Shown: positions 49,364 through 60,027, counted from the stretch's first letter. The stretch is 64,000 bases of DNA from Bdellovibrionales bacterium (GCA_041690295.1 JAWLHR010000001.1:160001-224000); one strand, 5' to 3'. Made by a program: numbers and translations. Notes: generated from the letters alone by a model not told the origin.

Positions 49364-50436
49364 TACAGATAGCCTCTGCGCTTTTGATCCCTTTCTATGG
49401 CATCAAACAGCGCTTGAAAGTTTCCTTCTCCAAATCCGCTGTGGTTTCGCCGTTGAATGATCTCAAAGAAAATCGGTCCAATCAGATTTTTGGTGAAAAT
49501 CTGCAGTAAGTATCCGCTGGAGTCGCCATCAATGAGAATGTCCAGGCTCTGCAGTGTTTTCAAATCTTCTTTCAAATTGGGAACACGGTCGGGCACGGCC
49601 TCATAATAAGTTCCCGGAGGCGAATCGAGGAATCCGATACCCTGGTCACGTAGCTGACGAATCGATTGGATGATGTCGGGGGTCAGCAAAGCCAAATGCT
49701 GGATTCCCGAACCTTTGTATTCATCCAGGTATTCTTGAATCTGAGACTTTCCTTCCGTCGGTTCATTGATCGGAATCGTGATTTTTTGACAGGGCGAGCG
49801 CATGACCTTGGAAACCAGTCCGGTTTGCTCACCTTTGATGTCGAATTTACGAACTTCATGGAAGTTGAAGACCTGTCTATAGAAGTCACACCACTTCTGC
49901 ATTTCCCCTTTGGGAACATTGTTGGTGAGATGGTCGATCACCATGAGCCCGCGGCCCTTGGGATAGCGGTCCGGAACGAGATATCGGAAGTCATCATCGA
50001 AATGAACCGGAGCGCGATAACGATCGACGAAATAAACCGCCGAATCGCCGATTCCGTAAATCGCCGGGAAACTATGACTGACGGTGTCCTGCTTGAACTC
50101 GATGGGTCGCGCGCCCCGCTGCACGGCCATATCAAACGCGCGTTGAGCGTTTTTAACGCGGAAACCTGTGGCACAAATGGAGGGCCCGTGCTGTTTCGCG
50201 AACCTGGCCGCGAAGGTGCTGGGTTCATTATTGATCAGGAAATTCACCTGATTTTGGCGGTAAAGGACCACCTGCTTGCGTTTATGGACCCCAATTTTTT
50301 GAAATCCCAGCTTTAAAAAGAGTTGCTCCAGCTCTTGCGGGTTCGGACTGGCGAATTCGATGAACTCGATCCCATCCAGACCGAGGGGGTTTTCCAAAGA
50401 CAAGGGCTGTGATTCCATGGTTGTTCCTGCCTCCAT
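49363..50436 (-). CDS. hppD: 4-hydroxyphenylpyruvate dioxygenase
   Basis: NPLGLDGIEFIEF, HGPS, IDH, SQIQEYL, GIQH, FFEIIQR, GFGEGNF; start after GGAGG. Confidence 0.96.
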   Translation of the reverse strand: MEAGTTMESQPLSLENPLGLDGIEFIEFASPNPQELEQLFLKLGFQKIGVHKRKQVVLYRQNQVNFLINNEPSTFAARFAKQHGPSICATGFRVKNAQRAFDMAVQRGARPIEFKQDTVSHSFPAIYGIGDSAVYFVDRYRAPVHFDDDFRYLVPDRYPKGRGLMVIDHLTNNVPKGEMQKWCDFYRQVFNFHEVRKFDIKGEQTGLVSKVMRSPCQKITIPINEPTEGKSQIQEYLDEYKGSGIQHLALLTPDIIQSIRQLRDQGIGFLDSPPGTYYEAVPDRVPNLKEDLKTLQSLDILIDGDSSGYLLQIFTKNLIGPIFFEIIQRRNHSGFGEGNFQALFDAIERDQKRRGYL

Positions 50437-50545
50437 CACGACCTCCATAAGAAAGCTCAAAAAACCATGTTTCACGGCCTAAGTAAAGGACCGTGACAAA
50501 CCCCCGGGTCGCCAGTACTTTTAAGGGCATTAAGAGAGGGCTTAT

Positions 50546-50923
50546 ATGCCAAGTCAATGGGTTGAATTCGCCAGCAAACAGCCGAGTCCCGACATTCCGG
50601 GGGTGCAAGAAATCGAGCCCCACGAGCTTTGGGAGAAAAAAGACCAGGTCGAAATCATCGACGTGCGCCGGCCGGATGAATTCACCGGTGAATTAGGGCA
50701 CGTTCCCGGGTCCAAGCTGATCGTACTTGATACATTGCCTGACCACATCAGTGATCTTCCGAAGGATCGCCCCGTGGTCTTTGTTTGCCGGAGCGGCGCC
50801 CGCTCCGGACGCGCCACGGCCTTCGCTTTACGGGAAGGCTTCACCAATGTATTCAACATGAAGGGCGGCATGTTACTTTGGAACAGCTTGAATCTTGAAG
50901 TGGAAGGTCGGTCCGAAGGCTGA
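50546..50923 (+). CDS. Rhodanese-like sulfurtransferase
   Basis: IDVR, GHVPG, CRSGARS, GGMLLW. Confidence 0.9.
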   Translation: MPSQWVEFASKQPSPDIPGVQEIEPHELWEKKDQVEIIDVRRPDEFTGELGHVPGSKLIVLDTLPDHISDLPKDRPVVFVCRSGARSGRATAFALREGFTNVFNMKGGMLLWNSLNLEVEGRSEG

Positions 50924-52308
50924 TGGGTCGAGTTTTTGTCAATCGAACATTGAATCTGAAACGAATCCGGTATCTGGGATTCGATATGGACCACACTCTG
51001 GTTCGCTACAACAGCGAGAACTTCGAAGCGCTGGCCCACCGGAAAATGTTGGAGAAGCTGGTCTCCGACAAAGGCTACCCCGAGTCCATTTTAAATCTGA
51101 AGTTCATTTACGAACGGGCGATCCGCGGATTGGTGATCGACAAAGTAAAGGGTAACGTTCTGAAGCTCAGCCGCTTTTCCGCCATTCGCGTTTCTTATCA
51201 CGGTTGCAACCCGATCGATTACCGTGAACAGACCGAAATCTATAAGAGCGTTTACATTGATTTGCGCGATCCCAACTATCTTTCCATCGACACGTCGTTT
51301 TCCATCGCCTTCGCCGGTTTGTTCATGCAGCTGGTCGACCTTAAGGACACGACGGAAAAAGAAACGCTGCCTGATTACGTCACCATCGCCGATGATTTGA
51401 CGGCGGTTCTTGACCGAGCCCATCGTGACGGCAGTCTGAAGCAGGAAGTGGCCCGTGACCTTTCCCGGTTCATTATCAAGGATCCGGAAGTCGTCGCGGG
51501 GCTTGAACGCTTCAAAAAGCACAGCAAGAAACTATTTCTGCTGACCAATTCGGACTTCGCTTACACGAAGCTGCTCTTGGACTACACGATCACTCCGTTT
51601 CTCAAAGACCACAAAAGTTGGGAAGATCTCTTTGATTATGTGATCACTTCCGCTTCGAAACCCCGTTTCTTCTACGACACCCTTCCCTTCCTGCGCGTGG
51701 ATCCGGCGACGGGGTCGATGACCAATGTCAGTCAACTGGAAACCGGAATTTATCAGGGTGGATCAGCCAACATTTTCACCCGCGATTTAAATGTGGCGGC
51801 GGATGAGATTCTTTATATCGGGGATCATATTTACGGCGATATCCTGCGTTTGAAAAAAGACTGCGCCTGGCGGACAGCGCTCGTCGTCGAAGAGATCGAG
51901 GAAGAGATCCGTAAAGAACGCGAGGCCAAGCCGATCGTGGATAAAATCAACGCGTTGATGGAACGCAAGATCCCGCTCGAAATTAAATTGGACAAGTTGA
52001 TCGGCGAGCAAATCGAAACGGGAACCGACAAAAACGAAGAGGCCATCCGCAAGTATTTGAACGAAATCGCGGAAATCGACAAATCCATATCGCCGTTGAT
52101 CAAACAGCAACAGCAGCTCTTTAACCCCTATTGGGGCGAAGTGATGCGAACGGGGATCGAGGAAAGCTATTTCGCCTACCAAGTGGAGCGCTTCGCGTGC
52201 GTTTACATGGCGAAGCTCGCGGACTTACTGCACGTTTCACCGCGCACCTATTTCCGCTCGCACCGCCGGCCGATGGCCCACGAGTTTGAAACTAAGGTTG
52301 ATGGATAA
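50923..52308 (+). CDS. HAD-IG 5'-nucleotidase (cN-II type)
   Basis: GFDMDHTL, LLTNS, KP.FF, YIGDHIYGDI. Confidence 0.92.
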   Translation: MGRVFVNRTLNLKRIRYLGFDMDHTLVRYNSENFEALAHRKMLEKLVSDKGYPESILNLKFIYERAIRGLVIDKVKGNVLKLSRFSAIRVSYHGCNPIDYREQTEIYKSVYIDLRDPNYLSIDTSFSIAFAGLFMQLVDLKDTTEKETLPDYVTIADDLTAVLDRAHRDGSLKQEVARDLSRFIIKDPEVVAGLERFKKHSKKLFLLTNSDFAYTKLLLDYTITPFLKDHKSWEDLFDYVITSASKPRFFYDTLPFLRVDPATGSMTNVSQLETGIYQGGSANIFTRDLNVAADEILYIGDHIYGDILRLKKDCAWRTALVVEEIEEEIRKEREAKPIVDKINALMERKIPLEIKLDKLIGEQIETGTDKNEEAIRKYLNEIAEIDKSISPLIKQQQQLFNPYWGEVMRTGIEESYFAYQVERFACVYMAKLADLLHVSPRTYFRSHRRPMAHEFETKVDG

Positions 52309-53014
52309 ATACTAAGTATTCTTTGAGGCCATGGCGCTCCACCACGGCCCAGATTTTATCAACCGCCAGCCTTTTCTTGAGAAACTTACGCGCCACCTTG
52401 TAGGCGGCACAATGAAGCCGCCGGAGCTCGCTCGCGTCCGGAGTCGCGTCCAGGCATTGGGGCTGCAAAGTGTCCGCGTCCGCCGGCTGAACCGCGAAGG
52501 GCAAAGCGGAAATGGACAGGACCGGATGGCGGACCACCGAATCGAGTTTGCGGCTGAGCGAGTCCTTTACCAAGTGAGTGATCTCATTCGTCCATGAGTG
52601 AACGATGACCAACTGCTTACGCTTCAACCTTTGCTTGATTTCATTCAGCAGGTCGCTGGTCGCGGAATCGCCGAAGGTGATGACCTCCGCGCCTTCCAAC
52701 GGCTTCACTTTGACCCCTTCGCGCACGAAGAAGACGATTTTTTCGCGATCGGCTTTGGCCGATTCCGCCAAGCCGGACCATATTTGTTCGTAATTTTTGA
52801 TTTCTTCCACTGAGCCCAGGAGCACGATTCGTTCGGCGCGAATGTTTTGATGCAATCGTTTATATATAACGACACCGATTTGTTTCAGCTCTTCAAACTG
52901 AGTGGGATTGAGCACCGGAATCGGCTTGGGGCGTAAACCATAACGAATTGTGAAATAAACAGACGTCGAAATGCAAACGGCAAGAATGATCCAGAGCCAG
53001 CGAGATTTCCACAT
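52292..53014 (-). CDS. Hypothetical membrane-anchored protein
   Basis: N-terminal hydrophobic helix; 240-aa ORF. Confidence 0.65.
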   Translation of the reverse strand: MWKSRWLWIILAVCISTSVYFTIRYGLRPKPIPVLNPTQFEELKQIGVVIYKRLHQNIRAERIVLLGSVEEIKNYEQIWSGLAESAKADREKIVFFVREGVKVKPLEGAEVITFGDSATSDLLNEIKQRLKRKQLVIVHSWTNEITHLVKDSLSRKLDSVVRHPVLSISALPFAVQPADADTLQPQCLDATPDASELRRLHCAAYKVARKFLKKRLAVDKIWAVVERHGLKEYLVFIHQP

Positions 53015-53141
53015 AGAGACCTAGACGGTTAACGGTTTTTGCGACGACGGTCAATGCTTTGTGTCATCGCGTGACAACATGCAGGAGTCGCAGTGATTGT
53101 GGCGACATTCGGACTTGATCCACTAAAGGACAGGTACCTAG

Positions 53142-53885
53142 ATGAAGACGTTTCGCCAATTCGCGATTTTAGGCTCCGGCCGGCTCGCCCGGCACCTCGC
53201 TCATTATTTCAGCACATTAAAACTTCCCTTCGTTCAATGGTCGCGACATGACAGAGATGCCGAGGAGCAGTTGCGCCGCGCTATCTCGGACAGCTCCCAT
53301 ATTCTCCTGGCCGTGGTTGACGATGCTCTGACTTCCGTTATTGAGCGAGTTCACCGCAATTTTGATTCGGATTCGAATCTCCTGGTTCACTTCTCCGGCG
53401 CCAAATATTTTCATGACGTACCTTGCGCCCATCCGTTGATGACTTTTGGCGAATCACTGGAGTCGGCGGATTGGTATCAATCGATTCCGTTTGTCATGGA
53501 CGAGGGTTATCAGCTGGCTGATCTGCTGCCGAACCTGCCCAATCCATGGTTCACCATCAAGGGCGAAGAACGCCCGCTCTATCACGCGCTTTGCGCTCTC
53601 GCGGGAAACTCCACCTATCTGCTTTGGCGTCAGATGGGCGAACTTTTTGAACAACGGTTGAAATTACCGCGCCATTTAATGGCGCCCTATCTCCATCAAA
53701 CGGTTCGTAACGCTCTCGAGGCGACGGGTTCGAATTTCACCGGGCCGATCGCGCGGCGAGACTGGAACACGGTGAGGAAGCATCTTGAGGTCTTGGAAGA
53801 AAACAAAGCCTTTCAAAAATTTTACCGCGGCTATTTGGAACTAGCGCGAAACGAAGGGATCACATTACCAGGAGACCTTATATGA
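53142..53885 (+). CDS. Rossmann-like + DUF2520 protein, probable PanG-type ketopantoate reductase
   Basis: GSGRLA, HFSGA, HPLMTF, LYHA, TGPIARRD; first gene of the pan operon. Confidence 0.8.
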   Translation: MKTFRQFAILGSGRLARHLAHYFSTLKLPFVQWSRHDRDAEEQLRRAISDSSHILLAVVDDALTSVIERVHRNFDSDSNLLVHFSGAKYFHDVPCAHPLMTFGESLESADWYQSIPFVMDEGYQLADLLPNLPNPWFTIKGEERPLYHALCALAGNSTYLLWRQMGELFEQRLKLPRHLMAPYLHQTVRNALEATGSNFTGPIARRDWNTVRKHLEVLEENKAFQKFYRGYLELARNEGITLPGDLI

Positions 53886-54667
53886 ATATTATTGAAATCC
53901 GCGCCCGCAAAGCCTCTGACAAGCCTCTCACCATGGTCACCTGCTATGACTATTGGTCCGCGCGCCTGCTGGCGTCCACTTCTATCGATATGATTTTGGT
54001 GGGTGATAGTGCCGCCATGGTCATGCATGGATACAAAGACACGGTTCCGGCCACGGTGAACTTGCTCGCCACTCACGTGAGCGCGGTTCGTAAAGGCGCG
54101 CCGGATAAGTTCCTCATCGCCGACCTGCCCTTTCTTTCTTATCGCGGCGATTTGAACACCACGGTGGCGGCGGTGCATGAGCTTATGCGCCAGGGAGCCA
54201 ATGCGGTGAAACTCGAAGCCTATGACGGCAATCACGAAGCCATTGTCCATCTGGTGCAATCGGGAGTTCCCGTGATGGGACATATCGGCCTGACTCCCCA
54301 GTTCGTGAATCAGTTCGGCGGTTTTCGCGTGCAGGGCCGTGAGCGCGAACAGCAACAAAAAATTCTTGCGGACGCGCGCGGCTTGGAAGCGGCGGGATGT
54401 TTCGCCGTGGTTTTGGAATGTATTCCGCAAACGCTGGCTCGTGAAGTGACAGCCGCGGTGAGCATTCCCACCATCGGCATCGGCGCCGGAGTGGAGTGCG
54501 ACGGTCAAGTGCTGGTGTTGCAGGATCTTTTAGGTGTTTCGGAATTCAAACCACGCTTTGTTCGTCGTTATTTAGACGGTGGGGATTTGATCAAGGATGC
54601 GATTGAACGATTTTGCCAGGATGTGCGCACCCGACGATTTCCGTCCGTGGAAGAGGGTTACGAATGA
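53882..54667 (+). CDS. panB: 3-methyl-2-oxobutanoate hydroxymethyltransferase
   Basis: TCYD, LVGDS, DLPF, GHIGLTPQ, CDGQVLV. Confidence 0.96.
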   Translation: MNIIEIRARKASDKPLTMVTCYDYWSARLLASTSIDMILVGDSAAMVMHGYKDTVPATVNLLATHVSAVRKGAPDKFLIADLPFLSYRGDLNTTVAAVHELMRQGANAVKLEAYDGNHEAIVHLVQSGVPVMGHIGLTPQFVNQFGGFRVQGREREQQQKILADARGLEAAGCFAVVLECIPQTLAREVTAAVSIPTIGIGAGVECDGQVLVLQDLLGVSEFKPRFVRRYLDGGDLIKDAIERFCQDVRTRRFPSVEEGYE

Positions 54668-55416
54668 AAATCCTGCGTACCGTTGCGGAATGCCGCGCTT
54701 GGCGATCGACGGTTTCCGGCGATTTGGGCTTCGTGCCGACCATGGGCGCTTTGCACACCGGCCATCGCTCTCTGGTTGAGAAATCGAGATCCGAAAATGG
54801 GAACACGATTGTCAGCGTCTTTGTGAATCCCACGCAATTCAACGACCCCGAGGACCTGCGCCACTATCCGCGTCCCGTCGACGAGGATCTGGCGAAGTTG
54901 GAAGCCTGGGGCACCGACGCCGTTCTTTTACCGGTGGTGGAAGAAATTTATAATGACCAGTACAATTACGAATTAAGTGAAAAGAATTTTTCCAAGCGTC
55001 TTTGCGGTGCCCATCGGCCCGGACATTTCAACGGCGTTCTGACCGTTGTGCTGAAACTTTTAAATATCGTGAATCCCCATCGAGCTTACTTCGGTGAAAA
55101 AGACTACCAGCAATTGATGTTGATCAAGGGAATGGTGGAGGCGCTTTTTCTGCCGATTGAGATCGTGCCTTGCCCGATCGTGCGAGAGGCGGACGGGTTG
55201 GCTTTAAGTTCACGCAATCTCTTGCTTTCTCCGTCGGAGCGCGAACGCGCGCCTTTGCTTTATCGCATCTTGCGCGAAAGCCCGGACTGCGCCGCCGCGC
55301 GAGCGCGATTGGAAGAAAACGGTTTCGCCGTGGATTACGTGGAAGACATTGATGGCCGGCGTTTTGCCGCCGCCACTTTGGGAAAAGTGAGGCTGATTGA
55401 CAATGTCCCGCTCTAA
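54664..55416 (+). CDS. panC: Pantoate--beta-alanine ligase
   Basis: PTMGALHTGH, FVNPTQF, RPGHF, FGEKDYQQ, ALSSRN, RLIDN. Confidence 0.96.
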   Translation: MKILRTVAECRAWRSTVSGDLGFVPTMGALHTGHRSLVEKSRSENGNTIVSVFVNPTQFNDPEDLRHYPRPVDEDLAKLEAWGTDAVLLPVVEEIYNDQYNYELSEKNFSKRLCGAHRPGHFNGVLTVVLKLLNIVNPHRAYFGEKDYQQLMLIKGMVEALFLPIEIVPCPIVREADGLALSSRNLLLSPSERERAPLLYRILRESPDCAAARARLEENGFAVDYVEDIDGRRFAAATLGKVRLIDNVPL

Positions 55417-56635
55417 GATCCTTTTTTTTCTGAGCGGCTCGGTGGCGGCGTACAAGGCCGCCCACGTGGTTTCGCGCTTGGTGCAAGCGGGACATGAAGT
55501 TCAATGCGTGGCCACGGAATCCGCGTTACGCTTCGTGGGCGCGGCCACCTTTGAAGGATTGACTGGCAAAAAAGTTTTGATCGACCTGTGGGAATCGGGA
55601 CATGCCATGGACCATATTCATCTTTCGCGCTGGGCGGATTTGGGTGTGGTTTGTCCCGCGAGCGCCAACACGTTGGCCAAATTGGCTTTGGGTTTGGCGT
55701 CGGACATGGTGAGCGCCACTTTGCTCGCGTGGCCCAAAGGTAAGCCGCTAATGATTTTTCCGGCCATGAATGCCGAAATGCTGGCGTCGGATCCGGTGCA
55801 ATCGCATCTGCGGGTGTTGCGCGAGCGTGGATTTTTGATCGGTGAAAGTGAAGAGGGATTTTTGGCCTGCGGCGAAGTTGGCGCCGGTCGGCTCATGGAG
55901 CCCGATGAAATTCTTAGGCGCATTCAGGAAAAATTGCATTCACGGCCGGCGTTGGGCTCGATTCTGATCACCTCCGGCGCCACCCGCGAAAGTTTGGACG
56001 GCATTCGGTTTATTACCAATCAAAGTACGGGACAGACGGGCGCCGAATTGAGTGAGGCCTTACGCGACCTTGGATGGTCCGTGACTTGTCTGCATGGGCA
56101 AGGCGCGAGAACGCCGAAGGGTGTGCGTCTGCTCTCTTACACCAGCCACGCGGATCTTGAATCGCGATTGCGTGAGGAATTGCGGAATTCCCGTTACTCG
56201 GCCGTCATCCACTGCGCGGCGGTCAGCGATTACACCGTGGTATCCATTAATGGGGTGCGACCGGATGAGCGGATCAAAATGTCCAGCGGTGAGAACCTGA
56301 CCGTTGAATTGAAACCGACGTCCAAGATTCTACCCCGATTGAAGTCATTTTCCTCCAACCCGGATCTTATTGTGATCGGTTTCAAGCTGACGCTGAACGC
56401 GGAATCCGATGAACTTTTGCGAGCCGCCCACCGGATTTTAGATGCCAATGTGGATGCGGTTGTCGCCAATGACTGGAACCAGGTTCGCGCGGACCGGTCA
56501 CGTCATCCCGGTGTTGTATGCCAAAAAGGCGGCGCGCGTGATTTTACGACGGTTTCGGAATTGGCTCGCCTATTGGATTCATTGATTCGCGAAGGTTGGA
56601 AGCGAGTATTCCTTCCTGAAAAGGAGTTCACATGA
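55403..56635 (+). CDS. coaBC: Phosphopantothenoylcysteine decarboxylase/synthetase
   Basis: [38 protein letters not shown]. Confidence 0.93.
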   Translation: MSRSKILFFLSGSVAAYKAAHVVSRLVQAGHEVQCVATESALRFVGAATFEGLTGKKVLIDLWESGHAMDHIHLSRWADLGVVCPASANTLAKLALGLASDMVSATLLAWPKGKPLMIFPAMNAEMLASDPVQSHLRVLRERGFLIGESEEGFLACGEVGAGRLMEPDEILRRIQEKLHSRPALGSILITSGATRESLDGIRFITNQSTGQTGAELSEALRDLGWSVTCLHGQGARTPKGVRLLSYTSHADLESRLREELRNSRYSAVIHCAAVSDYTVVSINGVRPDERIKMSSGENLTVELKPTSKILPRLKSFSSNPDLIVIGFKLTLNAESDELLRAAHRILDANVDAVVANDWNQVRADRSRHPGVVCQKGGARDFTTVSELARLLDSLIREGWKRVFLPEKEFT

Positions 56636-57441
56636 TTTTGTGTTTGGATGTGGGCAACACGCAGATTTTTGGCGGCGTGTTTGATCAGGGAAAATTACGT
56701 TTACGTTTTCGCAGGAACAGTCGGGCGGGCGGTTCGAGCGATGAGATCGGTCTCTTTTTGCGCTCGGTCTTGCGGGAAAACGACATGGATCCCCGCCGCG
56801 TGCGGCAGATCGCGCTTTGTACGGTTGTACCTGAAGTACTTCATTCCGTGCGTAACGCCTGCATGAAGTATTTTAATATAAATCCATTCGTACTCCAGGC
56901 GGGGGTGAAAACCGGACTGCGCATTCGCTATAAAAATCCACCTGAAGTGGGTACCGACCGGATCGCCAACGCGATCGCCGGAACCCATCTTTACCCGGGC
57001 GAGAATTTGCTGATCATAGATTTCGGTACGGCGACCACCTACTGCGCGGTCACGGCGGACAAACAGTATTTAGGCGGTGTGATTACGGCCGGCGTTCGCA
57101 TCGCGATGGAAGCGCTTGAATCCAAGACGTCTCGTTTGCCTTCAGTGGAAATCGTGGCGCCCACCCAATGTTTATCGCAAACAACCGTGGAAAGCATTCA
57201 ATCGGGCCTTTATTACGGCACCATTGGGCAGATCAAAGAAATCACTCAGCGGGTGCAAGACGAATGCTTCGGCGGCGTGCGGCCCAAGGTGATCGGCACG
57301 GGCGGCATCGCTTCGCTTTTCGCTCGTGCTGGTTTGTTCGACGTGGAAAACCCGGATTTGGTTTTGGATGGTTTGTATTTCGCTTTAAAAATGAATTCCC
57401 GTGAGGAGATGGACCATGCGCGTGACCATGCTCAAATCTAA
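56632..57441 (+). CDS. coaX: Type III pantothenate kinase
   Basis: LDVGNT, GTDR, DFGTATT, GTGG. Confidence 0.95.
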   Translation: MILCLDVGNTQIFGGVFDQGKLRLRFRRNSRAGGSSDEIGLFLRSVLRENDMDPRRVRQIALCTVVPEVLHSVRNACMKYFNINPFVLQAGVKTGLRIRYKNPPEVGTDRIANAIAGTHLYPGENLLIIDFGTATTYCAVTADKQYLGGVITAGVRIAMEALESKTSRLPSVEIVAPTQCLSQTTVESIQSGLYYGTIGQIKEITQRVQDECFGGVRPKVIGTGGIASLFARAGLFDVENPDLVLDGLYFALKMNSREEMDHARDHAQI

Positions 57442-57796
57442 AATCCACCGGGCGACGGTGACCGACGCCAATCTCAATTACGAGGGTTCGATTTCCATCG
57501 ACCCCAAGTTATGCGAGGCGGCCCGTTTGCTTCCCTTTGAACGGGTGGAAATTTACAACTGCAACAACGGCGAGAGGTTCGCCACCTACGTGATTCATGG
57601 CGGACCGGGGGAGATCTGTCTGAACGGAGCGGCGGCGCGCTTGGTCCACAAAGGTGATCTGGTGATTATCGCGTCCTATGTGGATATGGAGCAGGAAGAG
57701 GCTTTTGCCCATAAACCCCAGCTGGTGATGGTGGATGCGAAAAACGGAATCCGCGAGATCCACAACGATTATTCGGGTTTCACTAAAATCGGTTGA
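57416..57796 (+). CDS. panD: Aspartate 1-decarboxylase
   Basis: [14 protein letters not shown] self-cleavage site, [14 protein letters not shown]. Confidence 0.97.
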   Translation: MRVTMLKSKIHRATVTDANLNYEGSISIDPKLCEAARLLPFERVEIYNCNNGERFATYVIHGGPGEICLNGAAARLVHKGDLVIIASYVDMEQEEAFAHKPQLVMVDAKNGIREIHNDYSGFTKIG

Positions 57797-57846
57797 CGCT
57801 CGTTTCCTCTAATCCCACGCTATAGATAATTAAGGGGGAGGATACT

Positions 57847-58392
57847 ATGGTTCGCTGTTTCATCTTGTTATTATTCTTCGTTTCCACAAGCGCTTTCGCG
57901 GAAGTCGATATCACCAATCTGCGAATGGATACACCGAGCGATGTCGCGGCTGATTATCGGGCGCGAACGGAATTCGGCTGGACGACCAGCTCGATCAACA
58001 ATGGATCTCAGTTCGCCCTTTTGGGATTCAGTTGGAATATCTCGACCAATTGGGAACTGGGGCTGCGCGGTCTCATCCCTATGGACTTCGAACGCGATGT
58101 TCAGATTTATTCGGCACAGGCTTTGGCCCGCTACAACTTCGTTAATGACAAAAACATCATGTATATGGAAGGTCAGGCCATTCAGAGTATGTTCGCTTTC
58201 CTTGGCGATAACCGTCTGTTCGCCGGCGTCGGCGCCACCTACGGATATCGGCGCGCCATTACCCATGAACTGAGCGCGGGAGTCAATGTGGGTGTGGATT
58301 ATCTGTCCGCCTCGATCGTTCGCGACTACATCGCCAACACCAACTGGACATTCTACAATCGCGTGGCGGTTACCGGCGCGTATAACTTCTAA
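57847..58392 (+). CDS. Small outer-membrane beta-barrel protein
   Basis: Signal peptide, amphipathic strands, terminal YNF. Confidence 0.65.
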   Translation: MVRCFILLLFFVSTSAFAEVDITNLRMDTPSDVAADYRARTEFGWTTSSINNGSQFALLGFSWNISTNWELGLRGLIPMDFERDVQIYSAQALARYNFVNDKNIMYMEGQAIQSMFAFLGDNRLFAGVGATYGYRRAITHELSAGVNVGVDYLSASIVRDYIANTNWTFYNRVAVTGAYNF

Positions 58393-58432
58393 TTTTTTCG
58401 AATGAATTTTTCGGAGGCGCCCTTCATCTAGT

Positions 58433-58456
58433 GGGCGCCCTTTGGACATTGCGTAA
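58433..58456 (+). repeat. Left copy of a 24-bp direct repeat
   Basis: GGGCGCCCTTTGGACATTGCGTAA, identical to 60041-60064. Confidence 0.95.
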
Positions 58457-58487
58457 GCGGCCGACTTTAAAAAGTTGTTCGTCGGGA

Positions 58488-58859
58488 TTACGGCACTTCT
58501 TCCACTTCAGAGAAGTAATAATCGTAAAGCAAGATCGCAAACGGGTTGGAAATATCCTGCCAGCCGCGAATGCAAACCGTTGATTCGGATGGAACTTCGC
58601 TGCGCAAAGTAGCCACCGACATATGTTTGGTGGAAAAGATCTCAAATCGCCGTGTCTCAGTCGGCGCTTTCGGGGCGTCATCGTTCACACCGGGTGTGAA
58701 CTTAATCGGTTCAACTCCGAGCACGACCGATGTTTTAACATCCAAGTAAACATTCGGACCCGAATAGGAAATCACCCCGCAAAAATCCGACAGATCCGAC
58801 GCGTGCGCTGATGGAAGAAAAACAAAGATCCCCAACACCAAGCTGGCCAATTGAAGCAT
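58488..58859 (-). CDS. Hypothetical small exported protein
   Basis: SD AAGGAG, signal peptide ending AHA, two Cys. Confidence 0.6.
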   Translation of the reverse strand: MLQLASLVLGIFVFLPSAHASDLSDFCGVISYSGPNVYLDVKTSVVLGVEPIKFTPGVNDDAPKAPTETRRFEIFSTKHMSVATLRSEVPSESTVCIRGWQDISNPFAILLYDYYFSEVEEVP

Positions 58860-59013
58860 ATCTAGTTCTCCTTGAGCTTCAGATATCATTTGTCCGGAAT
58901 TTTTCAACGCCCAACTAACGCACGCGCCTGTTTGAGCTTCGCATGCCCTCCGAATCCGCCGGCGCGAACTTTAGCTCAAGCGCGCATTCTCCTCGCCGCG
59001 CCTGGTCTCATGG

Positions 59014-59958
59014 TCACGTCCCAAGATATCCCGCCATTTTGACCCACCCCAAGGTCTCAATGGCCGCCCGCAAATTACAAGGCCGGCATAAGAGGCGCAG
59101 ATTGGAAGCTTCATTCGTTCCGCCTTTGGCGATTGGAACAATGTGGTCGATTTGAAGAGCGTACTGAGAGCCGCAGTTCTGGCACTCGCCATTAGCCCGC
59201 CGCCAGACTTCCCGCTTTAATTCGACAGGAAGATACGTGCGCTTTCGTTCCATTGGGTGGAAACTTTCCTTATCGCGAACGCGGAATTCCTTTTGCGCCT
59301 TTAGATTCTCTATGGAACTTCGCCCACGAACTGAAATACCACGTTTGCGCTCGCACGGCGAAAGCCGCTCGATCGCGATGTCACAGATTTTTTCAATCAG
59401 TTCCCCCAAGCTGCAGTTCGGAGATGAGTGGGCGATCAAGCCACGAATTCTTTCCAGCTTCCGATTCAACTTTTCATCCGCGATGAATTTAAGCTCAATC
59501 TTCTCGTTCGCGACCACACGAATGCGATCCGGTTTCAATTCGATCGGATTTGAACTCTTCGCCACAATAATTTTCTCCGCCTCACGCGCGGTTTTGTTTT
59601 CAAGCTGACCAATGAGTTCAATTTTCGCTTCACGTGGAAGGGATTCCTTTCGAAATAAAACCTGAGCCAGTCCAATATTGGTCAGACTCAGCGCGCCCGA
59701 TTCAATTTTCGTTTCAATTTCCGGCAACTCTTTGAGCAGCCTCATGGCCGCGATCCGGCGCATCGCCTGATCGCCGCTATAGCCGAGTCGCTTTACCGCA
59801 TAGTCAAAAAGAGATTTGAAGCCGAGGGCTGAAAAAAGCTTCCTTCGCTCAATTTCGCGCAAATGATGAAGAATTTTTGTTAACAACTCCCGTTCGTCTC
59901 GCGCGAGCTTTTCCGTACTTTCAAGAAGATCTTGATCTGACATTTGGCGCGGATTCAT
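59014..59958 (-). CDS. HNH endonuclease with an N-terminal helical/HTH region (DUF222-like architecture)
   Basis: C-terminal CQNC...DHIVP..GG...NLRLLCRPCN; SLFDYAVKRLGYS HTH-like segment; SD AAGGAG. Confidence 0.9.
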   Translation of the reverse strand: MNPRQMSDQDLLESTEKLARDERELLTKILHHLREIERRKLFSALGFKSLFDYAVKRLGYSGDQAMRRIAAMRLLKELPEIETKIESGALSLTNIGLAQVLFRKESLPREAKIELIGQLENKTAREAEKIIVAKSSNPIELKPDRIRVVANEKIELKFIADEKLNRKLERIRGLIAHSSPNCSLGELIEKICDIAIERLSPCERKRGISVRGRSSIENLKAQKEFRVRDKESFHPMERKRTYLPVELKREVWRRANGECQNCGSQYALQIDHIVPIAKGGTNEASNLRLLCRPCNLRAAIETLGWVKMAGYLGT

Positions 59959-60027
59959 CAACAAGGCACTCCTTCGGTGGTTGCGTCATAAAATTCTTTC
60001 TGTTTATTTTTTCTGCGCGATTCCTGC

